19,341 nt of DNA from Oligoflexales bacterium (GTDB lineage Bacteria > Bdellovibrionota_B > Oligoflexia > Oligoflexales > Bog-1112). The notes beneath the pieces were generated by a model, which was not told the DNA's origin, ran no database searches, and saw only the letters and a program-made list of their open reading frames with translations. A program made the translations under genes and the position numbers. The stretch covers positions 1 to 19,341 of the forward strand of contig JBGCDR010000145.1 of NCBI GenBank assembly GCA_045105515.1, given 5' to 3'. This document shows, one piece after another, positions 16,895 to 19,341 of the stretch (positions are counted from its first letter, which is position 1; every line of letters starts with the position of its first letter).

Positions 16895-17749
16895 ATGACA
16901 AGAATTAACATAAGCATATTACTAACGGTGTATTGCTTGATGATGGAATTGCATACCTCTCAGACACTTGCCAAAACTAACTTGAGCACCCTTGATGTCC
17001 TGACAACAGAAATGATGTACAGCTCAGCAGTTGCTGAATTTACGGGTAAGTATGCTTCAGTACGAGGAACTCTAGACTACAGCTATCATCGCTTCTACAA
17101 ATCATCACGCCAAGAAATTCAAGATAAAATCATAGATTCATATTTACTGCATAGGTTTGAAAAACCGTGTCAGACTCCTACCATTATTTTTATGGCTGGT
17201 GTGATGGGAGCCGGCAAATCTCATAGTCTAAGATTTTTAGACCAGCGAGATGATTTCTATCTTGCGGACTATGTCGTAATTGATCCAGATCGGATCAAAT
17301 ATCAGCTACCTGAGATGTCTGAATTTATTGAACATAACTCTCTCACTGCAGGTAGCCGTACTCATAAAGAGTCGGGGCATATTGCAGAGATCATTCAAAA
17401 TGAGGCTTTGAGGCAGCATTTTCCAATCATTGTAGACGGTTCGCTCCGTGATAAAGAGTGGAATCATGCTCTTATAGAAAGTATTAGGAAAAATTACCAA
17501 AGCTATCGTATTGGTTTGATTTATGTAACAGCAAGTCAGGAGCATTTATTCAAGAGGATTAAGATGAGAGAGCGGAATACTGGCCGGGCTATTCATCTAG
17601 GCTTGCTTGAAGAAACGGCAAAGCAAGTTCCTCATACAGTTGCGTATTTGCGAAGTTTGGTAGACTTTTATCTTAAAATTGAGAATGAGGAGACCCCTGT
17701 TCTCTTAGAAGCCGAAAATTTACCTCTCAGAGCCTGTTGGGCCCACTAG
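16895..17749 (+). CDS. Zeta-toxin family P-loop kinase with apparent N-terminal signal peptide
   Basis: IIFMAGVMGAGKS Walker A, VVIDPDRIK (catalytic Asp position), HKES, IIVDGSLRD and RERNTGR motifs; ATG 16895 after AGGGA (GTG 16835 is an alternative). Confidence 0.85.
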   Translation: MTRINISILLTVYCLMMELHTSQTLAKTNLSTLDVLTTEMMYSSAVAEFTGKYASVRGTLDYSYHRFYKSSRQEIQDKIIDSYLLHRFEKPCQTPTIIFMAGVMGAGKSHSLRFLDQRDDFYLADYVVIDPDRIKYQLPEMSEFIEHNSLTAGSRTHKESGHIAEIIQNEALRQHFPIIVDGSLRDKEWNHALIESIRKNYQSYRIGLIYVTASQEHLFKRIKMRERNTGRAIHLGLLEETAKQVPHTVAYLRSLVDFYLKIENEETPVLLEAENLPLRACWAH

Positions 17750-17840
17750 TATTACCCAAAAGATACCAGCATCTTCATATATAATTTCCCAAATAAAATA
17801 TATAGTTAAAAACCGTATTAATAAATTTATATAAAAGTTC

Positions 17841-17896
17841 TAAATAAAAAACTTCATTCATCCGATAAGCCTCAAAAGGCAAGCCAAAGTCGATAA
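17841..17896 (+). promoter_or_regulatory. Tandem sigma28-like -10 boxes
   Basis: TAAA(17841)-N16-TCCGATAA(17861-17868) and TCAA(17872)-N13-GTCGATAA(17889-17896). Spacings deviate from the canonical 15. Confidence 0.4.
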
Positions 17897-17917
17897 CCTA
17901 ATAGGGGGGAAACTAAA

Positions 17918-18670
17918 TTGGATGATATGTTTACCAAGACGGATAGTGAGTTCTTGAAAACTCAACGCGATACAAAACTCGACAATCAAGCTACGAGACA
18001 GTCAGCAAAGATAACAAATAGTGATAAACAAGAACTTTCTGACTTTAAGACAGATCTGGGAGAATCCAATTTCGAGCTTGGTCTAGACAACAAAAATAGT
18101 AACCCAGCAAGCTCTTATACAAGTGCTTTCGCGGAAGGCGACAGCCAAATTTGGTCTGGAAGAAATAAGATTTTAGCAGCACTAGCGATAGCTCTCTTGT
18201 TAGTCGGATTTTCGATTTATCATTTCCAAGGTGGAGATGAGGAATATGCTCAAGAAGAGAACCTTGCAGAAAACAGTGAGCAGCTTGATTTATCAGAGGA
18301 TCAAGAAGAAATGACCTCTGAAGATCAATTCGATTCTGAAAATTCTGATCTTGAATCTATTGCAAACATTGATGAAGTGCTTGTAGATGATCCAGCTGGG
18401 GAAGAATCTGTGATGGAAACCCAAAGTGAGTCTGTAGCTATCGAAGATACAGAGCAAGAGGAGTCTGCCCTTGTCAATACAGAACCATACACCATCGTAA
18501 GAGGTGATTGGCTTTCTAAAATTGCTAAACGCAGATTGGGTGATGCGATGCTTTGGCCAAAAGTATGGGTTCTTAATCCACAGATCGAAAATCCTGATTT
18601 GATCTACCCGGGAAACGTTATTACAGTTCCTAAGCACTCTAGAAATTATGCTGATAAATCTATTTGGTAG
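17918..18670 (+). CDS. Membrane-anchored LysM peptidoglycan-binding protein
   Basis: TTG start after GGGGGGA; one TM helix (ILAALAIALLLVGFSIYHF); acidic linker; C-terminal LysM YTIVRGDWLSKIA...NPQIENPDLIYPGNVITVP. Confidence 0.88.
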   Translation: MDDMFTKTDSEFLKTQRDTKLDNQATRQSAKITNSDKQELSDFKTDLGESNFELGLDNKNSNPASSYTSAFAEGDSQIWSGRNKILAALAIALLLVGFSIYHFQGGDEEYAQEENLAENSEQLDLSEDQEEMTSEDQFDSENSDLESIANIDEVLVDDPAGEESVMETQSESVAIEDTEQEESALVNTEPYTIVRGDWLSKIAKRRLGDAMLWPKVWVLNPQIENPDLIYPGNVITVPKHSRNYADKSIW

Positions 18671-18702
18671 TAGCAGATAGTTTATAGAAAATATGTGATA
18701 AG

Positions 18703-18731
18703 AAATGCTTTCATTTTTGAAGGCATTTTTT
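18703..18731. terminator. Intrinsic terminator between convergent genes
   Basis: AAATGCTTTCA-TTTT-TGAAGGCATTT hairpin (11 bp, one G-U) running into a T tract. Confidence 0.7.
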
Positions 18732-19204
18732 CATTTACGTAGGCTTTTTGCACACCGGCATCCGATAGAGTAGTCCTTATAATCGAGCTTATGGGCGATG
18801 GTGGTGTAATGGCAGCTTGATTTCTGCTGGGGATAGAGTCCCCCATTAAAGCGCCCAAAGTAGGTGCCATTTTTTTTTCGGTAATCATGGACCCACTCCC
18901 CTAGATTTCCAACCATATTGTGTACTCCATATTTTGACACACACTTACTGTAATCTCCATTCCTAGCTAGGGAGCGTTTTTGGTAATTTAATCTTGGATC
19001 TTGCATACAGCCACGCCAAGTATTTTTCGGATTTTTACAGTTCATTCCTTTGAAGTACCAGGGATTGCGGCTTTTTAGTTTTTGAATGATTGGATGAGGT
19101 TGATGGCGGTTACAGTACTGAGGTTTGGTTCCTTCACATGCTGCAAGCCATTCATTGTGGGTTAGCAGTCTCTTTTTTTGCTTTGCACAGTACTTTTTGC
19201 ATTC
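18731..19204 (-). pseudogene. 3' part of an FGE-sulfatase (SUMF1/EgtB/PvdO-like) domain gene, interrupted by an IS
   Basis: The frame extends upstream of the listed 104-aa ORF: ECKKYCAKQKKRLLTHNEWLAACEG...CVSKYGVHNMVGNLGEW...GG...DYSIGCRC. It has no start codon before the TAG at 19216-19214, which lies inside the IS end. Confidence 0.75.
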
Positions 19205-19341
19205 GGCGGATTGCTAGATTAAGTGCAGAAGAAAAAATTCCATCGCTTCGGAAGGCGGATTTAGTTTAGTCTATGAGGCTAATCTGCTTGCAAGAAAGGG
19301 GTATTTATGTCTGCCAATCTCACTTATGAGCAAAGGTATGA
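19205..19341 (+). mobile_element. Left end of a probable IS30-family insertion sequence (truncated by window edge)
   Basis: GGCGGATTGCTAGATTAAGTGCAGAA resembles IS30-family terminal repeats and coincides with the breakpoint of the FGE gene; followed by a transposase-like start. Confidence 0.7.
19307..19341 (+). CDS. N-terminus of a probable IS30-family transposase (partial)
   Basis: AAGGGG RBS, then MSANLTYEQRY(D/E), matching the IS30 HTH_38 start pattern M..HLT.EERY.I; only 11 full codons visible. Confidence 0.6.
   Translation, partial: MSANLTYEQRY

Noticed and set aside
2205..18888. Short overlapping or antisense ORFs in the track (e.g. 2205-2495, 6171-6671, 8394-8765, 9132-9449, 18293-18637, 18682-18888)
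   Set aside because: They lie within or opposite well-supported genes and have no motifs; treated as shadow ORFs.
18731..19204. FGE/C-type-lectin fold as a diversity-generating retroelement target
   Set aside because: No reverse transcriptase and no template repeat of the 3' end seen in the window.

Overview
AT-rich bacterial chromosome segment. The gene styles suggest a Bdellovibrionota/Oligoflexia-like diderm; this is an inference and was not tested. Housekeeping content: galM, an orphan CheY-like receiver, an NhaR-type LysR regulator divergent from a ddl-lspA-clpC-slt cluster, and queA. Accessory or unexplained content: (i) a two-gene operon of Cys-containing exported/lipo-proteins behind a sigma28-like promoter, one with repeated PLAT-like beta domains and one with a coiled-coil/hydrophobic-hairpin architecture; (ii) an HTH-disordered-coiled-coil protein; (iii) a structured ~120-nt intergenic element (three-way junction with a possible loop-loop pairing), followed by a 126-aa unknown ORF and a zeta-toxin-family P-loop kinase with an apparent signal peptide; (iv) a membrane-anchored LysM protein; (v) an FGE-sulfatase-domain gene apparently cut by an IS30-like element at the right edge. 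No rRNA, tRNA or CRISPR array was seen. All family calls come from motif recognition by eye, not from database searches.
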